Source: Candidatus Krumholzibacteriia bacterium (GTDB lineage Bacteria; Krumholzibacteriota; Krumholzibacteriia; JAJRXK01). Taken from it: a stretch of 64,000 nucleotides of DNA. Below, in pieces: positions 11,815 to 22,100 of this stretch. Location: NCBI GenBank assembly GCA_041484665.1, contig JBGPIA010000003.1, positions 1 through 64,000 of the forward strand, in the 5' to 3' direction. The position numbers were made by a program, and so were the translations under genes. Under the pieces are notes generated by a model. The model was not told the DNA's origin. It made no database searches and saw only the letters and a program-made list of their open reading frames with translations. Every line of letters begins with the position of its first letter. Within the stretch, counting starts at the first letter, position 1.

Positions 11815-12666
11815 TCAGGTACCCAGGTAGCGGTTGGCGTACTTGACCCAACCGATCTGCACGTGTCCGACGACCTTCGTCTTCTGCCGCATCTTCACCG
11901 GCAGGGGGTCGGTCAAGGTCATCGCCCCGATCAGAGGAAGGTTCTCCGCCTGGAGCAGATGCAGCACCCAGTCGAGCTCGGGCGTGACGTTGGCGACCTT
12001 GAAGGCGCTCTCGGAGGCCGCGGCCGATGTGAGGAACCAGGCCAGCCGCGGCTCGCCCGGGGGCGCCGTTTGCGCTGCCGCCACCGTCGAGTCGGGCGGT
12101 TCGACGTCCGGCCGCTGCACCGCGCGCGCCACGGTCTGGAATTGGCTGTCCACGCGATCCAGGAGAGTCTTTGAGTCGGTGTCCCAGGTGAGCTTCTTGA
12201 GGTCGAACCCCGGGATCTCCAGGTTCAGCTCTTTCTCATTGAGCACCTTGGGGAGCACGGGATCCGGGACCGAGTCCAGCGGCGTGACCGTGGTGCCGTC
12301 ACGGATCTGCTTGGCGATCAAGTAGACGAACGGCGAGAACGCCTTCTGGACTCCCAGCTTCTTGCCCGCCAACGTCGGCGCCCGGTTCTCCGCGTCGGGC
12401 AGCACGAGGACCTCCAGCAGATTCTTGTCGCGGATGAGCGCCGTGTTGCCATGGGCGTACACGAACTCCGGGGCATCGATCTCGAACAGGAAGCCCTTGC
12501 TCAGGACCGTCCCCCGCGTCACCGCGCGCAACGTCGCGTGCAGGTAGGGGTCCTTGACCTCTTTCGTCTTCTTGTTGCTTGCGCAGCCCGCCGCGACGAG
12601 AGCGACCAGCAGCAGCAGCGCCAGGCTGCCGACGATGCGCAGACCGTGGCGACGCTTGCAGGGCAT
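11815..12666 (-). CDS. Hypothetical lipoprotein
   Basis: Basic N-terminus, hydrophobic stretch, lipobox VAAGC; GGAGG RBS; own TTGACA-18-TATTCT promoter at 12761-12790. Confidence 0.8.
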   Translation of the reverse strand: MPCKRRHGLRIVGSLALLLLVALVAAGCASNKKTKEVKDPYLHATLRAVTRGTVLSKGFLFEIDAPEFVYAHGNTALIRDKNLLEVLVLPDAENRAPTLAGKKLGVQKAFSPFVYLIAKQIRDGTTVTPLDSVPDPVLPKVLNEKELNLEIPGFDLKKLTWDTDSKTLLDRVDSQFQTVARAVQRPDVEPPDSTVAAAQTAPPGEPRLAWFLTSAAASESAFKVANVTPELDWVLHLLQAENLPLIGAMTLTDPLPVKMRQKTKVVGHVQIGWVKYANRYLGT

Positions 12667-12786
12667 AAGCACCTCCGTTGGTGATCGACGCCCGTCGGTG
12701 GGGTTGGGCGGTCGCGGGTCCGCCGGCGCTCCCGGAGCGCGGGGCACGTTGCGCGGCGACAGAATAAGGACCTGCGCGCGGCGCTG

Positions 12787-13284
12787 TCAACTCCCACCGG
12801 GCGCGCCCGGTGGCAGAGCCGCGGCCGTCCGGCCGACCATCCGGCGGGCCACCAACGGATCTGCCTGGACCCACTGACCCGGGGGCCAGGCCGCCGTGCG
12901 CCCGGACTCCTCGCAACGCAACGATGGCACCAGCCACGCCGGGGAGATCTCCAGGCCCGAGACGATCAGCGTGAAGCGCGCCGGCCCTGGGTGATCGGCG
13001 GGCAGCAGCGCCTCCAGCGGCAGCTCGAGGATCGAGGCAGGCTGCACTACGCACTCCTGCTGCCCCAGGCGGCTGCCCTTGGCATCCAGCGCGGTGAGCA
13101 GAACGCGGCGTGGCAGCATGTCGCTGGACAAGAGAGATAGGATCAGTTCCTGGGCGTCGGGGCCGGGCGCCACGACCTCGGCGAGGCCCGGGGACGCCCA
13201 GATCCATACCGACCCGGCCGGGCCCGGGGCGGGCCGCCCTGCCTGCAACAATCCGGCCATCAGCAGGATCACGCCATGCGTCAT
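12787..13284 (-). CDS. Hypothetical protein, possibly exported
   Basis: ATG overlaps the upstream stop (ATGA), GGAG RBS, short hydrophobic N-terminus. Confidence 0.5.
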   Translation of the reverse strand: MTHGVILLMAGLLQAGRPAPGPAGSVWIWASPGLAEVVAPGPDAQELILSLLSSDMLPRRVLLTALDAKGSRLGQQECVVQPASILELPLEALLPADHPGPARFTLIVSGLEISPAWLVPSLRCEESGRTAAWPPGQWVQADPLVARRMVGRTAAALPPGAPGGS

Positions 13285-14198
13285 CGCCGCTCCCCTTCTG
13301 CGCGCGGCGCCCAGGTCGCGACGCCCAGGCTCCATTGCACGCCGCGCAGCGTGTTCTCCCCACCCAACGGCAGCGACGCGCCGCCCACGAGCCACAGCGT
13401 GCCGCACACGCGCAGCGCGGCCTCCGGCGCCAGGCGCCAGCTACGCTCCGACGCGGACACGGCTCCGGCCGCCGCACCGGAGCAGCCGCCCCCGGCGGGA
13501 AGCACGGCGCGCAGCTCGACCTTCCAAAACGCAGCGCCGCCGCTCGCGCCCGCCTCCAGCGCCCCCAGCCAGCTGTCGGCGAAGCCCGCGCCGCGCCCAC
13601 GATACCCGAGCGTGGCGTTGGCATACAGTGGAAGCGGCCACAGCGACCGCCCCGCCAGGAGGAGCAGCTCCCCCTCGACGTGCCCGCTTCCCGCGGGCAG
13701 GTACTGCGTGCGCTGCGCCGGCGGTTTGCCGAGGTCGGACGCTGGGTAGGTGGGAACCCACAGGCTCGCCTGGGCTGCCCAGGGGCTGCGCCCCTCGTGG
13801 AGCGCCAGCCGCGCGCCGAGCTGCAAGTCCGCGGTCGAGCGCGTGCCGAAGCCCGGCGCGCCGTCGATCCGTTGGTCCTTGAACGCCCACGAGCCGACCA
13901 GCGCGAGGCGCGAGCGCACTCCGTACTCGCCGTACAGGAAGAGCTCCCGGTCCACGTAGTCGCCGCCGGAGGGATCGGCCGGAACGCGCCGACCGTCGCA
14001 GTCCACGCGCTCGCTCGCGCGCTGGGTCAGCAAGCTCAGCTTGAGGATGCCCCCGCCGGGCGGAGGCACCCAAGCGCCCGCCCGGGCGTCGCGGTCGTGC
14101 GGTGCCGCGCTCAGCGCCAGCAGCGAGGCTGCCGCCGCGATCCGCGGCGCACGCAACAGCCGCGCGATGCGCGGCGCGCGGAAGGAAAGCGATCGCAT
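13281..14198 (-). CDS. Hypothetical outer-membrane beta-barrel-like protein
   Basis: Signal-like N-terminus then AGAW; alternating amphipathic strands (YGEYGV, LQLGARL, YANATLGYR, WSLGVATW). Confidence 0.65.
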   Translation of the reverse strand: MRSLSFRAPRIARLLRAPRIAAAASLLALSAAPHDRDARAGAWVPPPGGGILKLSLLTQRASERVDCDGRRVPADPSGGDYVDRELFLYGEYGVRSRLALVGSWAFKDQRIDGAPGFGTRSTADLQLGARLALHEGRSPWAAQASLWVPTYPASDLGKPPAQRTQYLPAGSGHVEGELLLLAGRSLWPLPLYANATLGYRGRGAGFADSWLGALEAGASGGAAFWKVELRAVLPAGGGCSGAAAGAVSASERSWRLAPEAALRVCGTLWLVGGASLPLGGENTLRGVQWSLGVATWAPRAEGERR

Positions 14199-14260
14199 GG
14201 TGCCACGGTAGAGGGAACGCGCGGACCGGGCAAGGCTGCGGCCGACGCGCGCCGATCCGC

Positions 14261-14971
14261 TCAGCCGACCGCGCCGGTGTCGTCGTCGTGGCCCGGCGCC
14301 ATCCCCGGCGCGCCGGCCCGGGGCAGCGGCCGCTCGCGCGGCAGGCGTTCGAGCGCAGCCTGCAGCCCGGCGTGCTCGGGATACTGGCCCTCCCACAGCT
14401 GGTGGAACGTGTTCCAGTGGCGCGGGAGCAGCAGCCCGCCGGTGGCGAACGTGCGGAAGAAGTGGCGCCGCCGCTCCGCCAGGCTCAGCCCGGGCTTGCG
14501 CCGAGCTTTCAGGCGGCCATCCGTCCATACGTCCCAGCAGGCCGCGAATCCGATGACACGATCGCGCGGCACGCGCGCGGGCAAGACCCGGTGGCGCAAC
14601 AGGTCGTCCAGTTGCAGGAGGTTGCGGTGGATCCAGCGGTCGAGCAGGATGCGATCGACGTCGTGCGCCGGGATCTCCCCCAGCTGGTCGGTGGCCAGCG
14701 CCGCGCCCCGGCACCGCATCTCGGTCGACGGCGTGAGCACGTCCAGTGGCGCGCCGTACAGCGACGCGTGCAGGCGGCCCGCAGCGTCGTGCTCGAAATG
14801 CCAGAACCCGCTGCCCTCGAACTCGGGCGCGTCGAAGGCGACGGTCACCCAAGGCAGCGAGCCATGCAATGGAAGGCTGCGAGCCACCGCGTGCACGAGC
14901 TCCGAGATCTCGGCTGCGCGGGGAAACTCTGGCGGAAACACGTCCACGAGCAGCTCGGCCGCCACGGTCAC
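14261..14971 (-). CDS. Hypothetical protein
   Basis: Globular-looking ORF rich in aromatics (HRNLLQLDD, WDVWTDGRL). Start inferred. Confidence 0.65.
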   Translation of the reverse strand: MTVAAELLVDVFPPEFPRAAEISELVHAVARSLPLHGSLPWVTVAFDAPEFEGSGFWHFEHDAAGRLHASLYGAPLDVLTPSTEMRCRGAALATDQLGEIPAHDVDRILLDRWIHRNLLQLDDLLRHRVLPARVPRDRVIGFAACWDVWTDGRLKARRKPGLSLAERRRHFFRTFATGGLLLPRHWNTFHQLWEGQYPEHAGLQAALERLPRERPLPRAGAPGMAPGHDDDTGAVG

Positions 14972-15209
14972 CCACCTTCCCCCATGCGTGCGCGCCGCGG
15001 GCCACTGGCCGCGGGCGGCGGTCGGCCGCCCGCGGGCGCCACCTCCCCCATACTCGCGCAGCCGGCCAAAGGTTTCCATGGGATCCGTGCGGGCCGCAGC
15101 GGCGCGTCAGCGTGCTCGCCCGCGCAGCAGGCGCTGCCCACGCAGCGCGCGCCACGTGCGTCCGATCGCCCGCCGGCTTGGGCTGTGCGGCGCACGCTGA
15201 TGGGAATTG

Positions 15210-15278
15210 GGAAGGCCCGGTCCACAGGACCGGGCCTTCCGGCGCGCGCCGGACCGCGGGACGACGCCCTGCGGTCCG
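15210..15278 (-). terminator. Tandem hairpins downstream of the secreted-protein gene
   Basis: GGAAGGCCCGGTCC-aca-GGACCGGGCCTTCC (15210-15240) and CGGACCGCGGG...CCCTGCGGTCCG (15250-15278). Confidence 0.55.
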
Positions 15279-15302
15279 ACATCCCAGAAAGTGCGGGCGC
15301 CG

Positions 15303-15866
15303 CTACTCGCGGTAGAGCGCCTTGACCGCGCCGAAGCTAGCGGACTCCACCGGCACCGCGGTGGTCAGTGTCGCCGTCTGCGGAGTGAGGTCGACCAGCT
15401 GCGGATCGGGGGTTGGACAGGTGGAGAAACGCGGAAGGGTCACGCCGGGCTGCGGCACCGGCCACTTGGACACGGTGATCGCGGCGTTGTTGACCGCCGA
15501 GAAGGCGAGCACCTGGAGCGTGGACACGACCATCACGTCGGTGGAGTTCCACAGCAGCATGCAGTCGGCGAAGCCCATCTGCACGCCGCTCGCGCTGCCC
15601 TGCCCGTTCACGAAATTGCCGGCGAACGTCTCGCCGATCACGATCAGCTCGCTGGGCAGATTGACCTTGTACTCGACGGCCGTCATCTGGTTCTGCACGT
15701 CCGTCATGCAGACGTAGAGGTTGAACGGCGTCGAGGTTCCCTTGGTGGCCGTACTGGTCGTTGCCGCGCTGTCGAAGTAGACGCCGATGTTTCCGGCCTG
15801 GGCAGCCGGGGCGCCCAGCAACAGGGCGAGCGCAGCCAGGGCCGCGATCGTTCTCAAGGACTTCAT
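15303..15866 (-). CDS. Secreted beta-rich (cohesin/Ig-like) protein with C-terminal VPVESASFGAVKALYR motif
   Basis: Sec signal MKSLRT...AQA, IGVYFD, beta-strand pattern, AAGGAG RBS. Confidence 0.85.
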   Translation of the reverse strand: MKSLRTIAALAALALLLGAPAAQAGNIGVYFDSAATTSTATKGTSTPFNLYVCMTDVQNQMTAVEYKVNLPSELIVIGETFAGNFVNGQGSASGVQMGFADCMLLWNSTDVMVVSTLQVLAFSAVNNAAITVSKWPVPQPGVTLPRFSTCPTPDPQLVDLTPQTATLTTAVPVESASFGAVKALYRE

Positions 15867-16114
15867 GGCTGGATCCGCTCCTTGCGCTTCCGCTTGGGTC
15901 CGCGTCACGGGTGGTGCGGGGAGAAGGCGCCCGGCGTTTGCAAACTGCACGCGCGCGGAGCCGCCTCCCTTGGGTTCTGCGTCGCCACGACGGGGACCCG
16001 CGCCCCAGCCGTGACCAGCGTGGGCCGAGCGCATAACACATGCCGGGCGCGCTGCGGGCGGAAAGGCGGCAATTCCTTCCGGGTCGGTCCGCGCGCAGCT
16101 GCGCGGCGAAGCAG

Positions 16115-19100
16115 CTAGAGCAAGCCGGCGAAGGGGTCGACCTCGGAGTAGATGACGGTGAGCTGGTCGGCCGCACGCGACAGCACGCGGTAGTGCCGGT
16201 CGAGCGCCTCATGGCCGGTGCACAGGTGGATCACGTGGTCCAGCTCAGCGCCGGACAGCTCGCCGGGCTTCAGCAGCCACAGGTGGGCTCCCGGCCCCAG
16301 CGGATCGAGCAACGCGCGCGGATCCACCGCGCGCGCGCACGCACGCCACGAGCGCATCCGGTGCTCCGCGAGGTAGAGATCGAGGCGGCTCTGCGCGGCT
16401 CCACTGGCCTGCACGCCCGCCAGCAGGCGCGCGCGGCGCAGTAGGTCGGCGCCCTCCTGCAGCGACGTCCGCTCGCGCAGACGCGGACCCGCCTCGGCCA
16501 GCGCTAACAGCAGCGCGCCCGCACGAGACGCGATGGCCACGGGCTCCCCCCGCTCGTGCGCGGCCAACCACTGCCCCAGGGTCTGGGGGTCCGGCGCGGC
16601 GAGCGGCTCGCCGGCCGACTGCAGCAGCAGCGACGCCAGGGCCCCGCGCGTCGCGTCGTCCAGACCGCGCTCCACGTCGTGCACCAGCAGGGCCGCGAGC
16701 AGCTCCCGAGGTCCGCTCGCCGCGCAGCGCGTCACCTCGCCCGCGAGCCAGACGGCCAAGCCCCGCTCGCGCAGTCCCGCGGCGAGCGCGGACAGATCCT
16801 CGTCGCTGCCCGCCACGATGCCGGTGCGCTGGCGCTGCGCGGCGGAATCGGCGAGCAGCTCGCCGATGATGTCGGCGCAAGCCTGGAGGCTGATCCCGCG
16901 GCGGCGCGTGAGTCGCCCTTTCTCCTTGCGGCGCGTTTGCAGCGCATTGCTGGCGTTGAGCTCGCGCACGAGCAGCGCGGAGCCCGCGCGCGCCAACTCG
17001 CGCGCGAGGCGGAAGCTCTGGCTCTGCCCACGTTCGTGGCGGCCGGTGTGCTGCGGGGGCAAGAGAGCCGGATCTGCGGCCGTCCAGCGCTGCGGCTGCG
17101 TGAAGAGCAGGTCGATGACGGCCAGCTCCTGCTCGTCGAAGGCGTCCGCATCGTCCACCAAGACCACGGGGTAGCGGTCGCGCCAGGCTGCGGCAACATC
17201 GGTCCGCTCCTCGATCCCTCGGCGCGCCAGCGCGCACAGTTCGCTGCGGGGGATGCGACCGGCCGCTTCCCGCGCCGCAGCGGCGCAGCGGCGCAGCAGC
17301 GGGAGGTCCACAGCGGCCGCGTCCTCGCCCGCCGCGGCGGCGAGCAGGACCTCGCCCCCCTCGACCACGCGGCGCAGCTCCACCAGATCGAGCGCCGGTG
17401 CGCGCCCGGCCGCCTGCGCGTAGCGCCGGCACGCGTCGGCGACCAGGCGCTTGCGGATCGACTCCCCTTCCGCGGTGGCCTGCGGGGGGAGCAACCGCGG
17501 CGACGCCCCAGCGTCGCGCGCGCCTGCGCGGTGGCGCAACAATGCCAGCGCGAGCTCCTCCCCCGTGGCGACCTCGGGCCGCGGCGCGGTCGCGCCCTGA
17601 CGGCGCAGCAGCTCCTCGCAGCGCAGCAGGGAAACGCCGCCAGGGACCAGCAGCAGTGCTTCGCCGCCGCCGCCTGCCCCGCGCGCCGCGGAGAGCAGGC
17701 GCGTCGTCTTGCCCGATCCCGGAGCTCCCAGGATCCAGCCGGGCGGCGGCGTATCATCGTGGCGGTGTGTGGCGAACGCCCCCTGCTGCGGCGCCGCCGC
17801 CACGGGAGCGGCGCGGGGCACGGGCCAGGGCGGCAAGGGCAGGGGGATCTCCACCGCCGCGCCGCGCACCGCGGCGAGCCACTCCTCGCTCGCGCGCGCC
17901 GCGGGGCCGACGTCTGCATCGCCGGCGGCAGTGGGCGACGCGGCCGATTCCGGCGGCGCGTCCCCCGCGGCGAGCCCCTCGCGGCGCAGCCAGGCGAAGA
18001 GGGCGCGGCTCGCGCCCGCGGCCCACGGATCCTCCTCGAGCTCATCGGGATCGAGGGAGATGGCAGCGGCGGCATCGAAGCGCATCCCCACGGCCTCGGC
18101 GCGCGTCACCACTGCCGCAGCGCGGCGCCGCGCCGTGGCGAGAGCCTCGGTGCGCGCAGCGCCCTCCAGGTCCTCCAGGCGGGCGCGCCGTCCGGTGCGC
18201 GGGGACGAGGCCCAAGCCTCCACCGCTGCCGCCAGCTGCGCCAGCGGCGGCGTGCGCGCCAAAGCGGCCTGCGGACCCAGGCCGCCCCCCACATCCGCAG
18301 GCGGTCCGGCCGACAGTGCGCGCTCCAGCGCGGCGAGCCCCTCGCGCACCCGGAAGTCGACCTCCAGGCGCGTAGCCGCCCAGCGCCAGGCTTCCGGCGT
18401 AGACGCGCTGCCGACCTCGTGCGGCGCAGCGCCCGCGGGCGCGCGCCGCGCCCACAGGAGCGGGTGGTCCAGCACCGTGAGCGCCCCGCCGGGCCGGCCG
18501 CTCGCCGCGAGCCGTTCGAGCGCCGCGCGCAGATACAGCGGATCCTCCGGCAGCGACGCCAGCACCAGCTCACCCTCTGGGATCGGCCCGGTCCAGAGGT
18601 CTGCCAGCGCCAGGATGCGCACCGAGAAGAGCGGCGTTTGGTGTGCATCTCCCGCCAGGAGCGGCGTGCCGACGAGCGCCGCCGCGTCCACGCCCAACAG
18701 CGATTGCAGCACCTCGCGCTGCGATCGCCCGGGCGCCAGCACCAGCCAGGAACCGCGGGTGGAGCGCTGGCCCAGCCAACGCGCCATCTGGCGCAGAAGC
18801 GTCGCGCGCTGCAGGTCCTCGTCGCGCGCGTCGCCCAGCAACGCCGTCCCGCACCGCACACACGCTGCGTAAGCGTTCGCCACCTGCGCCGGCACCGCGC
18901 ACGCCGGGCAGCGCCAGGGCGGGTCCTGGAGCGCCACCCGCACGACGCGCCAGGCCTGCGTCACCGCGACCGCTGGCGCCACGCTGCGCACCTCGCCGTC
19001 CACGCTCGCCGCCAGCGCGTCGAGCGCGCGCGACTCCCCCTGCGCGTCGAGCAAGCACAACACCAGCGGACCGCGTTCGGCGGGCAGGCCACGCAGGAAC

Positions 19101-22100
19101 GCCAGGGCGCTGCGCTGCGCCTCGTCGAACGCCGGATGCCCGGGCAGCGCCCGATCGGCGTCGGGGACGACCCACGCGACCTGCGTGGCGCGCGCGGCCC
19201 AGGCGCGCACCAGCGGCAGAGCGAGCGCGCGGGCCGGCAGCGCGAGCACTGAAACAGCGCCGGTCTCCGCGTCCAGCAGCGCCCGCTCCAGCGCGCCAGC
19301 CGGATCGGGTAGGGCCAGCGCGCCGGCCGGCAGCTCGCACACTGCCAGGTCAGCCTCCTTCCGCAAGGCGGGCGGTTGATCGTGGACCCATAGCACGCAG
19401 CGCACCCCCAACGGTCCACCGTCGCCGGCCTCTTTGGCCAGCCGCGCCAGCAGGCCGCACAGCAGCACGCGCTCGGCATCGCTGGCACCGCCCAGCGCGA
19501 CGCGCATCCCGCGCGTCAGGTCGTGCAGGGCGCGCGCGAGCGCGTGGAGGCGCTGTGGGTCGGGCGGGTCGGCCTGGGCCAGCAAACGCCACGTGGCCGT
19601 CAGACGCTGCGCGTCCACCGGACACCGCCAGCGCGGGAGCTTGCGTGCGCCCATGCCATCCAGCAGCCGCGAGCCGGTGGCGGCCCCCAGCGGATCCGTC
19701 GCTGGAGACTGCGCAGGCGCCAAGCGCGGCGCGCCGCCGACCAGGCGCGCCAGGCGCGGATCGACGCAGGCGACCATGCGCTGCGCGTGTGTGGCCGCCA
19801 GCGCCAACCGCAGCACCGCGACGCCGTCGGGGAGCGCTCCGGGTGCGCCCAGCAGGGGCACGACCACGACCTCCGCCGACGGCGTGGGAGCGGCTCCCGC
19901 AAGCGGCGCCGCCCGTGCGAGCTCGCCCAGCAACGCCTCGCCGTCGGCCAGCGGCGCAAGCCACAGGCGGGCCTGCTTCGTGCGGGACAACCAGGCGGCC
20001 GCGCGCAGGCGCGCCAGCACGAGCGCCTCCTCCGACACCAGCAGCGCGCCCGGCTCGAATCCCGGCGGGCAGAGCACGACGGCGGGCGCCGACGCGCCCC
20101 GCAGCGTCACCGTCCGCAGCGCGCGGCGCGAAGCGAGCACGATCGAGAGCTGCACGGCCAGCAGATCTCCGGCGGCGGCCGCGTCCGCGCACACCACGGC
20201 CGACGGCGCGGCGGCAATCCACCGCACCAGGTCCTCCCACGCGCTCCGCGCGCCGGCGTCGTCCTGCACCGCGATCCAGCGCGGCAGATCGTCCACCACG
20301 AGCGCGCGCCCGGTCGGCGCGAGCGTGGCGTGCGGGCCCACCTGGATCCAGATGCTGCCCGCCGCGGCCCGCTCGTGGAGCTGCGCGTCGAAGCATCCGC
20401 CCGCTTCGCGCAGCCGACAGGCGGGTGTGCAGCCCTTGTACGCCGCCGCCAGGGCCGACGCCACCTGATCGTCCTGCGTCCGGTCGCCGGAGCCCGGCAG
20501 CCAGCGCGCGAGATCGCCTTCCGGACAGGTGGCGAGCGCGTGGTAGAGACGCAGCACATCCACCGCCCGCGCCGGGGTCGCCAAGGCCTCCTGGATCCAG
20601 AGGTCCAGTAGCGCGAGCAGCGGCTCGGCGCAGCTCGGCGAGGTGGGCGCCAGCGTGACGTCGCGCGGTGCGGTCGCGCCAGCCGCCGCGGCGGCCACGG
20701 CCATGCCGCGCTCGGCGTTGCCGGCGATCACTACGCAGGGGGCAGTGCGCACGGCGAGCGCGGCCAGCTGCTCGGGCGAGACCGCTCCGAGCAGGAGCGC
20801 GTCGCGGTCGGCGGTGGCAGGCACTGGCGCCAGCGCGCCGCGCTGCGGCCAGCGGCGCAGCGCCAGGTGCGGCCACGCGAGCGGGACGACCAGCTCCACA
20901 CGCTGGAGCTCGTGCGCAGCGTGCGGCGGATCCGGCTGCTGTGCGCGGCCCAGGACGCGCAGCGCCGCAGCCAGGCCCGCCGCCGCGGCCAGCCCGGCGC
21001 GTCCCAGCGTCTCCAGGTTGGCGATCCCCCACGCGGACCCCAGCGGCTCGGCCTGCGCGAGTCCGCCCAGGCGCGGGCCCAGCGTCCGCGCGCTCTCGAT
21101 CAGCGGCGCCCACGGCGCGACGAGCGCGTCGGCCGCCGTGAACGCGGGATGCGGCGCGACGGCCGGGGCGGGCGCCACCACCGACGGCGTGGCCAGCGCC
21201 GCCTCCAGCGCCCCCAGGGCCACCACCGCTCGGTCCCCCAGCAGCGATCGCAGGTCTTCGGGCGGCTCGGTGACGCACAGCACGACCGCGTCCGGGTCGA
21301 GCCAGCTGTCGATCTCACTGCGCGCGGCCACCGGCCCGAGCGCGAGCCCGGCAGCTCCGGCGCCGGGATCCGCGGCGACACCCGCGGCGGTGCGCTGCAG
21401 CAGCAAAGCGTCGCACGGAGCGGTGCGCTCCAGGCGGAGCAGCGCCAGGCGCCCCCCGTGGCCTTGGTCCCCGCCATTCCACGCGAGCGCGGCGAGCCCA
21501 CCCTGGAGCGCGGGGGGACGCCGACGGCGCAGCAGCGCCTGGAGTTCCGCAGGCGGCCACGCGGCGCCGAGCCGGTGGGCCAGCGGGGCCAGCTGGCGCA
21601 GACGCTGCTCGCTCGCCGCCGGTACGGCCAGCCGGTCCTCGTTGCAGGACAGCCCCGCGACCCATCGCAGCATCGCCAGCGCCGCGTCCGATCCAGGCGC
21701 CTCCTGCAGCGCGAGAAGGCCCAGCGCCAGGGCGGCGGGAGCGCCATCGGCGCGCAGCAGGCTGAGCCGTGCCGCCAGGCCCAACGCCTGCCAGCGCTGC
21801 GGGTGACCCGCGGGCAGCCCCGGCTCCGTGAGCCGCGCGATGCACCACGGCGCCAGCGCCGTCAGGTCGGGCGCTGCCTCGTCCAGCCGGGAGCGAGCCC
21901 AGCTCGCCAGCCAGACCAGGTCCTCGGTCTGCTCCGGCCGCAGGTCGTGGAGCAGATCGGGATCGGCGGCCGTCAGATGGCGCCCGCAGGCGTGCAGGTA
22001 CGCGCGAGCCATCGGCCAGGCCAGCGCGGCGGGCAGTCGGAAGCTGCTCCCGTGGCGGTGCAGCAACAGCAGCTGCGCGAGCCGCGCCAACTCATCGAGG

